Source of the DNA: Candidatus Izemoplasmatales bacterium
Lineage (GTDB): Bacteria; Bacillota_I; Bacilli_A; Izemoplasmatales; Hujiaoplasmataceae
Assembly: GCA_050949045.1 (NCBI GenBank)
Contig: JBMNEZ010000001.1
Span: 736,001 to 800,000 of the forward strand
Direction of reading: 5' to 3'
DNA length: 64,000 nucleotides
This document shows positions 42,817 to 52,899 of this stretch, one piece after another (position 1 is the first letter of the stretch; every line of letters starts with the position of its first letter). A program made the translations under genes and the position numbers. The notes beneath the pieces were generated by a model. It was given only the letters and a program-made list of their open reading frames with translations. It had not been told where the DNA came from and searched no databases.

Positions 42817-45800
42817 ATGGCTGTGATAAGTGATATTAAGAATAAAATTGCATTATTAGGTCAGGCACAATTTCAAACTTTGGTGGACGAAATAGTAAGA
42901 AGAGAAAATCCAAACAGTTCAATTGTTTCTTTCGGGCTAAATTTGGAAGGGAAAACTATTAAAGGTGTCCCGGATTCATATTTAAATAGTGGCGATACAT
43001 TTATATTTTTTGAATCAACAACACAAAAAACAAATCTTTATAATAAATTGAAAAATGATGTTGAATCATGTTTACTAATTGAGTGCAAAGGATTAAAAAA
43101 AATAGTACTGGTATTTACTGGAAGATTAAAACCAGCAGAAAGTGAAAAACTGAAAAAAATCTGCCCTATTAACATTGAAGTAGAACTATTAAGTATCACG
43201 GAAATTGCTCACTTAATTAATTTAAAATACCCGCATATGGCTTTTGATCATTTAAATATTGCTATTGATACAGGCCAAATAAATACAGTTGAATTTTTTT
43301 TAGATAAATCACGAAACAATAAATTTTCTGGGCCCCTAGATGTAGATTTTATGTATCGTGAAGAAGAAATATTAAAAATACAAAAATTACTAAAGGAAAT
43401 TGATTATGTTATTTTGTCTGGCATACCAGGTTGTGGTAAAACAAAATTAGCTTTAGAAATCCTTTTAAGAGAAGAAAACAGATTATGTTTTGTAATAAAA
43501 AACAATAACATTCCCATTATAGAAGATTTAAATAAATATATCTTAAAAGGAAATAGATATCTTATTTTGATTGATGATGCAAATCAATTTAACCAATTAG
43601 ACACAATTACTGAATACATTAGATATAATTTTGGTCCTGAAGATGTAAAAGTTATTTTAACAGTGAGAAATTATGCTTTGCAAAATGTACTTTATAAATT
43701 AAATGATGACTTATATGAGGTCGTTAAAATCAATATATTTACAGATGAAGAGTTGTCTACAATCATTAAGAAAAATCTTAATATATTAAACGATAATTAT
43801 TTAGTAGATAGGATAATAAAAGCTTCTCATGGAAATGCTCGTTTCGCATATATGATTGGACAGTTAGCTTTGGAAAAAAAAGATTTAAGTGCAATACATA
43901 ATATTGATGATATAGCGCATAAATATTATTATAAAATTATCGAAATAGTTTCTAGTAAAAAAAGTTATCTTAAAACCCTAGGCATAATTTCCTTTTTTAA
44001 TAAAGTAGTCTTAAATGATGAACAAAACATGAATGAGATTTTAAAATTAGTAGATATTTCTAGTAATGATTTTTCTGAGGCTCTTACGTTTTTACATAAA
44101 AACGAACTGATTGATATTTATGAAAATAAAATCGCTATGATTTCTGATGAAACCTTGTGCAATTACTTGTTTTTTTATATCTTTATAGAACATAAAATAA
44201 TAAATATATCGGATGTTATTAAAAACTATTATAAAACACACATCAAAAGAGTAATAGAAATTTTTAATGCGGTTCTTTTTATTTTTCAAAATAGTTCTTT
44301 AGACATACTTTCTGCAACTACATTAAACATATTTAATGAGTTAATTGTTAATTCCCAAGATAATGCTATAATTTTTGCTAGTTACTTTGGTAATCTTTTT
44401 GAATTAGAGACGCTTATTTTTCTTGATAATGTGATAAAATCAGAACCAAATCGGTTAAAAAAAACAACGTTAAATTTATCTGATGACATAAAAAAAATAA
44501 ATATTAAAGATCCAATATTAAAAACTCTTAAAATGTTATCTGATGGTATATATTATAATGAGGCTTTTGAGTTATTAATAGAATTGTTAGATAGAGAAAG
44601 TTTTTCACTGGAAGAAGTTATTGCGACAATTTATCATTCTTACAGAATTACATCAGAAAGTTTTAGAAATCAATTTGCTGTTCAAAAAACAGTGTTAAAT
44701 GAAATAGAAAACAAAACAAACGATGAATATATAAGAGAAATATTAACCATTTTATTAGGAGATTATGTTGCTTTAGGGTTTATGGATGTAACATTTGAAA
44801 AGAAGACATATACAATGAAAAAAGTACTATTCAATAATGCGTTTTATGATTACGAGTTTCGTGAAAAAATTTGGGTGATGGTTGAAAATTATATTCCATC
44901 AAAAAACAAGTATATAATAAGTAAATTCCTTAATGATTCGTACATTTATGAGGTCACGCCTGAAATTATAAAAAGTGAATTCGGCATTTTAAAAAAATGT
45001 TTTTGGGATGAGATTTTAGGAACGCCCTATATTATTTTAAAAATAATTGATGTATTAACTTACTATAAAATTCAAGATTATGAAATTGAAGAATTAACAA
45101 ATACCAAGGAAATATATATTTATAAATTGATAATTCAAAGACATTATAAGCCAAGTGATAACAGACTAAATTATAGAGAAAAAAATCAACAGTTATTGGT
45201 TAATTTTTCTAAAAATATAAATGAAGATGAATTAACACTATTAAAGAAAATGATTGTTAGTATATCCAATGAAGGAAAAGATATAGCTAATTCTTTAATG
45301 ATAATATTATTGAATATCAATGACATTTACTTTACAGAATTTTTAGAATTTGTAATAAAAGAAGGACTAACAAAACATATTTTTTATCGTGGCGAGAATG
45401 AGTGCAATATAATCAATAAGTTACATTCTCTAAACTATGATTTTTTATCATACATTAATCAATTTGGTGATTTTGTTAATAAAATTGATTGGATATTACA
45501 TTATTTTGAAACCTTACCTCAAGAAAAAATTAACCAACAAATAGCAAATAATTTGTTAAGGTTTTTAGAGAAATGTGATTTGAATAGGTATATTAAGGTT
45601 AACAAATTTGAAAAATATGTGAAGGTTGATAAAAAATTTTATGAAAAATATGTAAATATCGCAATAACTAAAGATGATCATATTTACAAATATTATGTGG
45701 ACTTGTTTTTTAATGAATATATTTATGATTTTAAAACAGTATTTGCTTTATTAAATAATAATATAGAAATTTACAAAAAAATATATTTTCGTGGATTTAA

Positions 45801-46425
45801 AAATATAAATAATTTCGACTCTAATATAGTTTTTTTGAAACAATTGTGCATATTAGACGAGAATTCAATTTTTGAATATGTCGAATTGTTATTAAGCGAG
45901 AATAAGTACATTACAGAAAAATCTTGTTTGAGTTTTATCTGGGATTTAGAAAATTCTGAAATAAACGTTAATAAGATTATAGATATGGTTATTGAAGATA
46001 AAAGGAAAAAAATTATAAGTCTAACTAACCTAATAATGCAATTAGAAAATGAAAAACACAGAATAAAATATATACATTTATTAAAGAGTAGGATAGAAAA
46101 TACTACTGATCCTATTGAAGTTTCCACGATATCTGAAGCGTGTGTTTTTAGTGATTTTAAATATGATGTTTTTGAAGAGTTCATAAAAAATAATGATAAT
46201 TTTGAATTATTAAAGGAATATAATTTTTTGCCTTCATGGGGGTTTTGGTCTGGCAGTGTGGTTCCTCATATAAATGCACAAATTGAAACGCTTGAAGGTT
46301 TTGTGTCAAAAATACCTAACACTAAAAATTATTTAAAACACAGGGAATATTTATTGGGGAAAATTGAGATTAAAAAAGTTGAAATTAAATATTGGGAAGA
46401 ACAAGAAATTTTTGAAAATATATAA
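42817..46425 (+). CDS. large nuclease-like + STAND-type NTPase protein (Avs-like candidate)
   Basis: N-terminal F..L.D....R...KGVPDSY...FESTT; Walker A GIPGCGKT; Walker B LILIDDAN; GNARFA; long helical C-terminus. Confidence 0.7.
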   Translation: MAVISDIKNKIALLGQAQFQTLVDEIVRRENPNSSIVSFGLNLEGKTIKGVPDSYLNSGDTFIFFESTTQKTNLYNKLKNDVESCLLIECKGLKKIVLVFTGRLKPAESEKLKKICPINIEVELLSITEIAHLINLKYPHMAFDHLNIAIDTGQINTVEFFLDKSRNNKFSGPLDVDFMYREEEILKIQKLLKEIDYVILSGIPGCGKTKLALEILLREENRLCFVIKNNNIPIIEDLNKYILKGNRYLILIDDANQFNQLDTITEYIRYNFGPEDVKVILTVRNYALQNVLYKLNDDLYEVVKINIFTDEELSTIIKKNLNILNDNYLVDRIIKASHGNARFAYMIGQLALEKKDLSAIHNIDDIAHKYYYKIIEIVSSKKSYLKTLGIISFFNKVVLNDEQNMNEILKLVDISSNDFSEALTFLHKNELIDIYENKIAMISDETLCNYLFFYIFIEHKIINISDVIKNYYKTHIKRVIEIFNAVLFIFQNSSLDILSATTLNIFNELIVNSQDNAIIFASYFGNLFELETLIFLDNVIKSEPNRLKKTTLNLSDDIKKINIKDPILKTLKMLSDGIYYNEAFELLIELLDRESFSLEEVIATIYHSYRITSESFRNQFAVQKTVLNEIENKTNDEYIREILTILLGDYVALGFMDVTFEKKTYTMKKVLFNNAFYDYEFREKIWVMVENYIPSKNKYIISKFLNDSYIYEVTPEIIKSEFGILKKCFWDEILGTPYIILKIIDVLTYYKIQDYEIEELTNTKEIYIYKLIIQRHYKPSDNRLNYREKNQQLLVNFSKNINEDELTLLKKMIVSISNEGKDIANSLMIILLNINDIYFTEFLEFVIKEGLTKHIFYRGENECNIINKLHSLNYDFLSYINQFGDFVNKIDWILHYFETLPQEKINQQIANNLLRFLEKCDLNRYIKVNKFEKYVKVDKKFYEKYVNIAITKDDHIYKYYVDLFFNEYIYDFKTVFALLNNNIEIYKKIYFRGFKNINNFDSNIVFLKQLCILDENSIFEYVELLLSENKYITEKSCLSFIWDLENSEINVNKIIDMVIEDKRKKIISLTNLIMQLENEKHRIKYIHLLKSRIENTTDPIEVSTISEACVFSDFKYDVFEEFIKNNDNFELLKEYNFLPSWGFWSGSVVPHINAQIETLEGFVSKIPNTKNYLKHREYLLGKIEIKKVEIKYWEEQEIFENI

Positions 46426-46631
46426 TTTATATATAAAACTATGAGTGTTTGATTTACCTCAATTTACCCTCAAAAGGTATGCTAAAAAACTTTTTAACAA
46501 GTTTTAGACAAATAACAAAATGGTAGCCATTTTCCTTTAAAATACCCCAGAACAACTATGAGGGTATGCTTATAAATGTCAAGTTAAATGTCCCCATTTT
46601 TGTGCAGATAAGAATCCCCACTTTTATTCAA

Positions 46632-47375
46632 TTATGATTTATTAAGTTTTACTTTATCTTTAATCCTATATGATGGGCCAATTATATTAAATAAATATGA
46701 ATAATGTAGTAGCCTATCTAATATAGCTTTAGTTATCATTTCATCATTTCCTAATATTTGTGGCCATTTATCAAATGTCATATTACTAGTAATAATTGTT
46801 GATTTCTTTTCATATCTTAAATCAATTAATTGAAAGAAAAGTTTTGCTTCTAAAGGGGTTATTTCATTAAATCCGACTTCATCAATTATTAGTAGTTTAT
46901 ATTTAAAGAAATTTCTAATACGCTTTTCAAATGTTCCTTCATGAAAAGCATTTTTTAATGTTAATATTAATTTATTAAATTTAATAAAATAAACGCTATT
47001 TCTTTTAATTGCTACTTCGTAACCTAATGCGATTGCTAGATGGGTCTTCCCTACTCCAGGATTTCCAATGAATATTATATTGATTGCTTCTTCGTAGAAG
47101 TTTGAACTTGCTATTGCTCTTATTTTATCTTCATTAACGCTTTGTTGAAATTCAAAGTCATAATTATCTAAGGTTTTTAAAAATGGAAATCCAGCTACTT
47201 TTACATTATAGAGTTTATTATTTTCTTCTTTCTCTATTACTTCTTTTTCTAAAACTTTATAAATACCTTTTATTTCTGTTTCATTTATTAAATTATTCAT
47301 ATATAGTTCTTGGATGTAATCACTGGCTGATTTTAGTTTTAAATATGTTAATTGTTCTATCACCTTATTAATCAT
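46632..47375 (-). CDS. istB: IS21 helper ATPase IstB
   Basis: GNPGVGKTHLA, LLIIDEVG, IITSN, AILDRLLH, GPSYR. Confidence 0.96.
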   Translation of the reverse strand: MINKVIEQLTYLKLKSASDYIQELYMNNLINETEIKGIYKVLEKEVIEKEENNKLYNVKVAGFPFLKTLDNYDFEFQQSVNEDKIRAIASSNFYEEAINIIFIGNPGVGKTHLAIALGYEVAIKRNSVYFIKFNKLILTLKNAFHEGTFEKRIRNFFKYKLLIIDEVGFNEITPLEAKLFFQLIDLRYEKKSTIITSNMTFDKWPQILGNDEMITKAILDRLLHYSYLFNIIGPSYRIKDKVKLNKS

Positions 47376-48630
47376 AATTAATATTCCTCATTTCTTTAAT
47401 TATTACTTCATCGCTTTTCTCTTTATTAAATCTCTTATTTTCATATTTTAAGTTGTGTTCTTTTTTTATATTTAATAATTTATTTGTTATTTTATGAATT
47501 GCGATGATTTTTCGTTTATAATATATGTGAAGTTCATCTCTTTTAACGGTTATTCCGACTTTTAACCCGATAAATTTCTTAGGGACAGAATATTTATTAG
47601 ATTTGTAGGATATTAATGACTCGTTAGAGACGTAAACTTCACTGAGTGTAAGGTGATACTTTTGCCTGATTTCTTTGGATGGGAGAGGCATTAGATCACC
47701 TTTTTCTTTTTCTAAGAGAAATTCTCTTGGAAATTTAGTTGCTTGAGATATCCCCTCATTATCTTCTTTAGATATTATTTCTAACTTTTCATGAATATCA
47801 ATTAAATTTTCATATTTACCGTTATAATTTTTTATTTGCTCAACTGTTTTATTTTGGGTTTCTACTTTCCCTTTTGTTTGTGGCCTTGCTGGCATATATG
47901 GTTTTACTATAAATCCATAATCTTTTCTAAATTCATCAAATTTACTTGTTACTAAAGCTAAATTACCATTTCGTCTTGGTATTTCAATGAATTGCTTTAA
48001 ATTGTCAATTACTAATTCTTTAGGAACTCCACCTATCTCTTCAAAAGCCTCTGCTAGAAATGATAGTAATGTTTCAATTTTAATATCTAATGTAATTCGT
48101 CTTACATTATATCTTGACCAAGATAATGTTAGTGTCGGGATATATATTGATATTACCTCTCCAGTGGATGTTATTGTTTTAACTTTTTCTTTAATGTCAA
48201 ACTGTGCTTGTACACCTGGATCTGTTTCAAATCTTTCTGTAAAACTATTATCTTTTTTTCTTTTAAATAAATTATTTAATTTTTCATCATTTCTTATATA
48301 TCTTTGAAGTGTTGATCTTGAACATGTTATTCCCCGTTCTCTTTTAAGATATTTAAATAGATGTTCTATATAATCAAAACTTTGATATTTATCACTTAAA
48401 ACTTCAACTATATAATCCCTATGTTCATCTAGATACTTTATCCTCTCTCTAGTCTTTTTTGGTACATTTCCATTTAAATATTTTCTAACTGTCTTCCTAT
48501 CCTTATTAAGATGATTTGCTATTTTAGATATATTCACTTTTATCTTTCCTTCCTTATACGCTCTACTAAATAGTAATAGATCTTCAATACGATTAATGTT
48601 TTCTAATATTGCATTTGTCATTTCTTTCAA
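47368..48630 (-). CDS. istA: IS21 transposase IstA
   Basis: RFETDPGVQAQFD, GGVPKELVIDN, RPQTKGKVE, YSVP. Confidence 0.95.
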   Translation of the reverse strand: MKEMTNAILENINRIEDLLLFSRAYKEGKIKVNISKIANHLNKDRKTVRKYLNGNVPKKTRERIKYLDEHRDYIVEVLSDKYQSFDYIEHLFKYLKRERGITCSRSTLQRYIRNDEKLNNLFKRKKDNSFTERFETDPGVQAQFDIKEKVKTITSTGEVISIYIPTLTLSWSRYNVRRITLDIKIETLLSFLAEAFEEIGGVPKELVIDNLKQFIEIPRRNGNLALVTSKFDEFRKDYGFIVKPYMPARPQTKGKVETQNKTVEQIKNYNGKYENLIDIHEKLEIISKEDNEGISQATKFPREFLLEKEKGDLMPLPSKEIRQKYHLTLSEVYVSNESLISYKSNKYSVPKKFIGLKVGITVKRDELHIYYKRKIIAIHKITNKLLNIKKEHNLKYENKRFNKEKSDEVIIKEMRNINYD

Positions 48631-48881
48631 CTCCTCTACGGAGTTATTTTATCAAATAAAAAGTACCCTTTCGTTAATGACTGTAACTGGGGAAAATTAC
48701 ATGCACACTATTGGGTACTTTTATATTAACATTTGTAATGCTAACGGATTTTTTAATAATTTAACACAAACAAGTCATTTTCTGCTATACTTTTTATGTC
48801 AAAACTGGTGCCATAAAAATATTTGATTAGTAACCTAATTAATTGATAAAATCGCCAACAAGGCGATTAAGACTGTAGACA

Positions 48882-50640
48882 GGAACTGTAAAAAAATGAG
48901 AAAATATTTTTTCTCTAGAGCTTACGGCTCCTTTTTTATTGTTTTGTTTTAAGAAAAATATTGAGTTGTTAAAAAAAGGCCCAATGAAGCCGTGAAAAAA
49001 GAAGATTGTGGATAAATCATGACTTTTAATTTATTTGTTCTTTTGAAATTTATTCGATTATTCTGAACTTTTTATTGTGAAATTTAGTCAAATTGTATCC
49101 TATTGCTACTAAAAAGAACTCTAATCTGACATTTTCAGTCCCGAATCGCCTAAATCTCCTTGTTTTGAAAACGTCTTTTATTATTCCGAATGCTCCTTCA
49201 ACTTGAATGGAGCGTTTTATTCTTAACTCAATTCCTAAATCAGTATTTAAATTGTGGATAACTTCTTTTTGATATTTTATATTTTCTTCGTTTAGTTCTT
49301 TATGCTTTCCGTTTAGAAGTCTGAATATACCGTTACCCCTTTTGTTTCTATATATATAGATAGGTAAGCCTGTCACCATTTGGAGCTATGAAGTCTTTTC
49401 CATCTTTAATTAGATTATGAGAAAAATATGGATCTTTCATACGCTTCTTTTCGTGTATATCTTTATAATACATATTGTATTTGGTGTATAGTTCCATTCC
49501 GTTATCTTTTAAATATCTATAATTTTTTAATCCTCCGTATCCAGAATCAGCTACCGGATATTTTGGATATTTAGAATATTTTTCATGGAATGTTTCTAGA
49601 AACGGAATAAATGTGTTGTAGTCGTTTCTTTCTCTAGAAAAGTCTATGTGTACTATGTATTCATCTGATACACCTATTTGAACGTTGTAGCCTGGCTTAA
49701 GTTGTCCGTTAAGCATATGGTCTTCCTTCATTCTCATAAATGTTGCACCATGGTCAGTTCTTGAATATGAGTTTCTATTTGACCCCATAATTTCAAGATG
49801 TTTTCTATACTCTTTTAATTTGGTTAGATATTCATCTGTTTTTTCAAAATGTCTTTGTAAGCCTGTTTTTCTTGTTCCTTTCCCGTATATGAAGTTTATA
49901 TTTTGTGATTTGATTTCGTTTAATAGAAAGTCCTTAATGTTCTCTAAATATGATTCCTCATATATGTCGTGCATTTCAAAATATAACCCATCATTTTGAA
50001 AGGTCTCGTTTAATCCTTTTATTTCTTTTGTTATTTTCTTATATAACTTATTTCTAAATTTCTCTATTGAACCACGCTAGACGAATGTATATTTATTGGC
50101 CCTCGATTCTATTTTTGTTCCGTCAATATACACAGTATTGGTATCAATTTTTTCTTTTTTGATGAAATAATTACTGAACTCATAAAAGATATCTTCAATT
50201 TTTTTAAGTAAAAACTTATCTATAAAATTCTTGATCGTTTGATGACTTGGCATAAGCTCCTCTGTAAGCCACATAACCCTAATGTCATTTTTTGCTGCCT
50301 TAGCCATCTCTCGTAACGATTGGATTTTTTCCATCTGACAAAACAGGATTAGTTTTAACATTTGAACTGGATTATATCCGATTCTACCTCTTGGGGCACT
50401 ATCAGATACGAGGTATTTTTCTACTCCTATCTCATGAAATACCTTGTCAAATGTTCTAACCTCACTATCAAATGGTATCTTTTTATCTAATATTAGTGGT
50501 AATCTTAATTGTTTTGTGTTAAAATAAATTGGATTTAATTGTGTATTGGTTATACTACAATTATACCAAAAACCGTCCAACTTTTTACCGGACGGTTTTT
50601 CATTTCTTAAGGGATTTCTATTTTATTTCTTTACAGCCCC
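48882..50640 (-). mobile_element. IS1182 family element with pseudogenised transposase
   Basis: Ends GGAACTGTAAAAAAAT / ATTTCTTTACAGCCCC; YIDGTKIESRANKYTFV then in-frame TAG (50077-50079); TDHGATFMRMK, ADSGYG, RSIQVEGAFG; second frameshift near 49350. Confidence 0.85.
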
Positions 50641-50732
50641 TTTCTTTGAGTTATCCACAAGTTAACGCGAGTTTTGAAATTGCTATATACAAGCATATAA
50701 TAAAAGGGTAGAATGACGACAAGTGATGCCAA

Positions 50733-51792
50733 ATGATGACGAAGAAAAGCGATACAAGCCGGAATAACATCCAAATGATAAGCATCGAATCAATGGTACC
50801 TGAGAAACACCTTGTATGCAAGATAGAGAGCGTAATTGATTTTGAGTTTGTGCGAGACCTGGTTAAGGACTTATATTCAGAGACAACCGGAAGACCATCA
50901 ATCGATCCGGTTGTGCTTGTAAAGATAGTGTTCATCCAGTTTCTGTTTGGCATCAAGTCAATGCGACAGACAATCAAGGATATTGAAGTGAACGTAATGT
51001 ATCGCTGGTTTTTGGGATACGGATTCACAGAAACGATCCCCCACTTTTCGACATTTGGAAAAAACTATGTCAGACGCTTCGCCGAGGACAATCTGTTCGA
51101 TAAGATCTTCAAGACCATATTTGTATCAATTGATTGAACAGGGTTTTGTGAAAGAGGAAACGATATTCGTCGACTCGACACATATCAAAGCCTATGCGAA
51201 CAAACGAAACATCCATCACGAATACGTTGAGGAGGACTATCATAAATATATGAGAGAACTCCATCGGGAAATAAACGAGGAACGCGTAAAAAAGAAAAAT
51301 TTCTATCTATGTCCGTGGTTGAAAAAACTGCAATACAAAGGTATAAACAGTCAGGGATATCGCATTTACAAAACCAGCAAAAAGGATTGTGCAAACTGTC
51401 CATACAAGTATAAGTGTACGAACCTTGACACAAAAACCAGCACCAGGCATTTTCTCGAACAGACGAAAGCAATCGTCAGAGAGATCCGGATGAGCGATTT
51501 TGGAAAAGAACTCTACCCCAAACGCAAGTATACCGTGGAGCGAACATTCGCCCAAGCGAAAATGTGTCATTGTCTCGGCTTCACACATCTACGGAGGTTA
51601 AAGAAAAACCATGATCGCAATTTGATTGTGTTCGCTGCGGCCAACCTCAAGAAGTTGGCTCTTTTCGTCACGGAAACAAACAAAGAATTCAAGCGGATCA
51701 CTGCTTGTATTTCTTGTTTTTTCAAATTATTTCGTCCCAAAACACAAAAAGTCCCCCAGTATCTCTACTGAAAGACTTGTTTGTCTACAGAC
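50733..51792 (+). mobile_element. second IS1182-like element, frameshifted transposase
   Basis: GRPSIDPVVL, PHFSTF, FVDSTHIKAYAN, RKYTVERTFA, AANLKKLA split over two frames; right end TTTGTCTACAGAC. Confidence 0.82.
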
Positions 51793-51951
51793 TGACATAC
51801 ATATCAATGTATAAAAAAACATATTGCCCATTATAGAGTTCGATGTTGTTTTTGAAAATAATAAAAATGTGAGATATTTCTTAAATTTAACATAGTAAAA
51901 GTAAAACATTTGATAAAAATGCTATAATTATGATATAAGGGTTGTATTTAA

Positions 51952-52899
51952 ATGGAGCTGAGATTGATGACAATTTTTAAGGAAGAAAACATGTTCACCG
52001 ATAATATATTCGTTACAAAAAATAATGAAATTAAAATTATCAATGATGACTGTGTTAGGATTATGGAGAAAATAAAATCAGAAAAAGTGAGTCTTTTAAT
52101 TACATCTCCGCCATATTGTATAGGTAAAGAATATGAAAATATTACAGACGATATAAATTCTTTTGTTTCATTAAATACGAAAGTAATTAAAGAGTCAATT
52201 AGGATATTGAAAAAGGGCGGTAGTCTATGCTGGCAAATAGGTTTTCATGTGAAACAAGGTATTATTATTCCATTAGACTATCATATTTACAATATAGTGG
52301 AAAAAATCAATGAAAACTTATCTGAAAATGATCGGCTATACTTACACAATAGGATTGTTTGGACATTTGGTCACGGATTAAATGCTGAAAAAAGATTAAG
52401 TGGTAGATATGAAACTATATTGTGGTTTACGAAAGGAAAAGAATATATATTTAATCTTGATCCTATTAGAATTCCACAAAAATATCCTGGAAAAAAATAC
52501 TCCAAAGGACCTAAAACTGGCAAATATAGTGGTAATCCTCTTGGTAAAAATCCATCAGATGTTTGGGATATCCCAAATGTAAAAGCTAATCATGTAGAAA
52601 AAACAGAGCATCCATGCCAATTTCCAATAGTAATACCACAAAAATTGATCAAAGCATTAACAAATGAAGGTGACATAGTTATTGATCCGTTTTTTGGAAG
52701 CGGAACAACCGCCATAGCTTGTTTGATAGAAAACAGAAAATTTGTGGGAATGGAAATAGATAATAAATATTTTAATATAGCGAAAGATAGAATTTTAGAT
52801 GCTATAGATGGTAATATCAAATATAGATGTGAAATACCACCAATTGAACCCGATAAAAATCAAAAAGTGGCACAAAAGCCGGAGGGCTTTAAATGGTAA
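51952..52899 (+). CDS. site-specific amino-DNA methyltransferase (beta class, N4-C-like)
   Basis: ITSPPY catalytic motif precedes HPCQFP and DPFFGSGTT SAM-binding motif. Confidence 0.92.
   Translation: MELRLMTIFKEENMFTDNIFVTKNNEIKIINDDCVRIMEKIKSEKVSLLITSPPYCIGKEYENITDDINSFVSLNTKVIKESIRILKKGGSLCWQIGFHVKQGIIIPLDYHIYNIVEKINENLSENDRLYLHNRIVWTFGHGLNAEKRLSGRYETILWFTKGKEYIFNLDPIRIPQKYPGKKYSKGPKTGKYSGNPLGKNPSDVWDIPNVKANHVEKTEHPCQFPIVIPQKLIKALTNEGDIVIDPFFGSGTTAIACLIENRKFVGMEIDNKYFNIAKDRILDAIDGNIKYRCEIPPIEPDKNQKVAQKPEGFKW

Larger units (their letters stand above)
46571..48737 (-). mobile_element. IS21 family element, apparently intact
   Basis: Imperfect terminal inverted repeats (TATAAATGTCAAGTTAAATGTCCCC / TACAAATGTTAATATAAAAGTACCC); 5-bp target duplication ATGCT at 46566-46570 and 48738-48742. 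Confidence 0.92.
46443..48813 (+). repeat. conserved cassette-end arm, copy C, interrupted by IS21
   Basis: 46443-46570 joined to 48743-48813 restores GGGTATGCTAACGGATTTTTT...TGGTGCCA. Confidence 0.85.
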
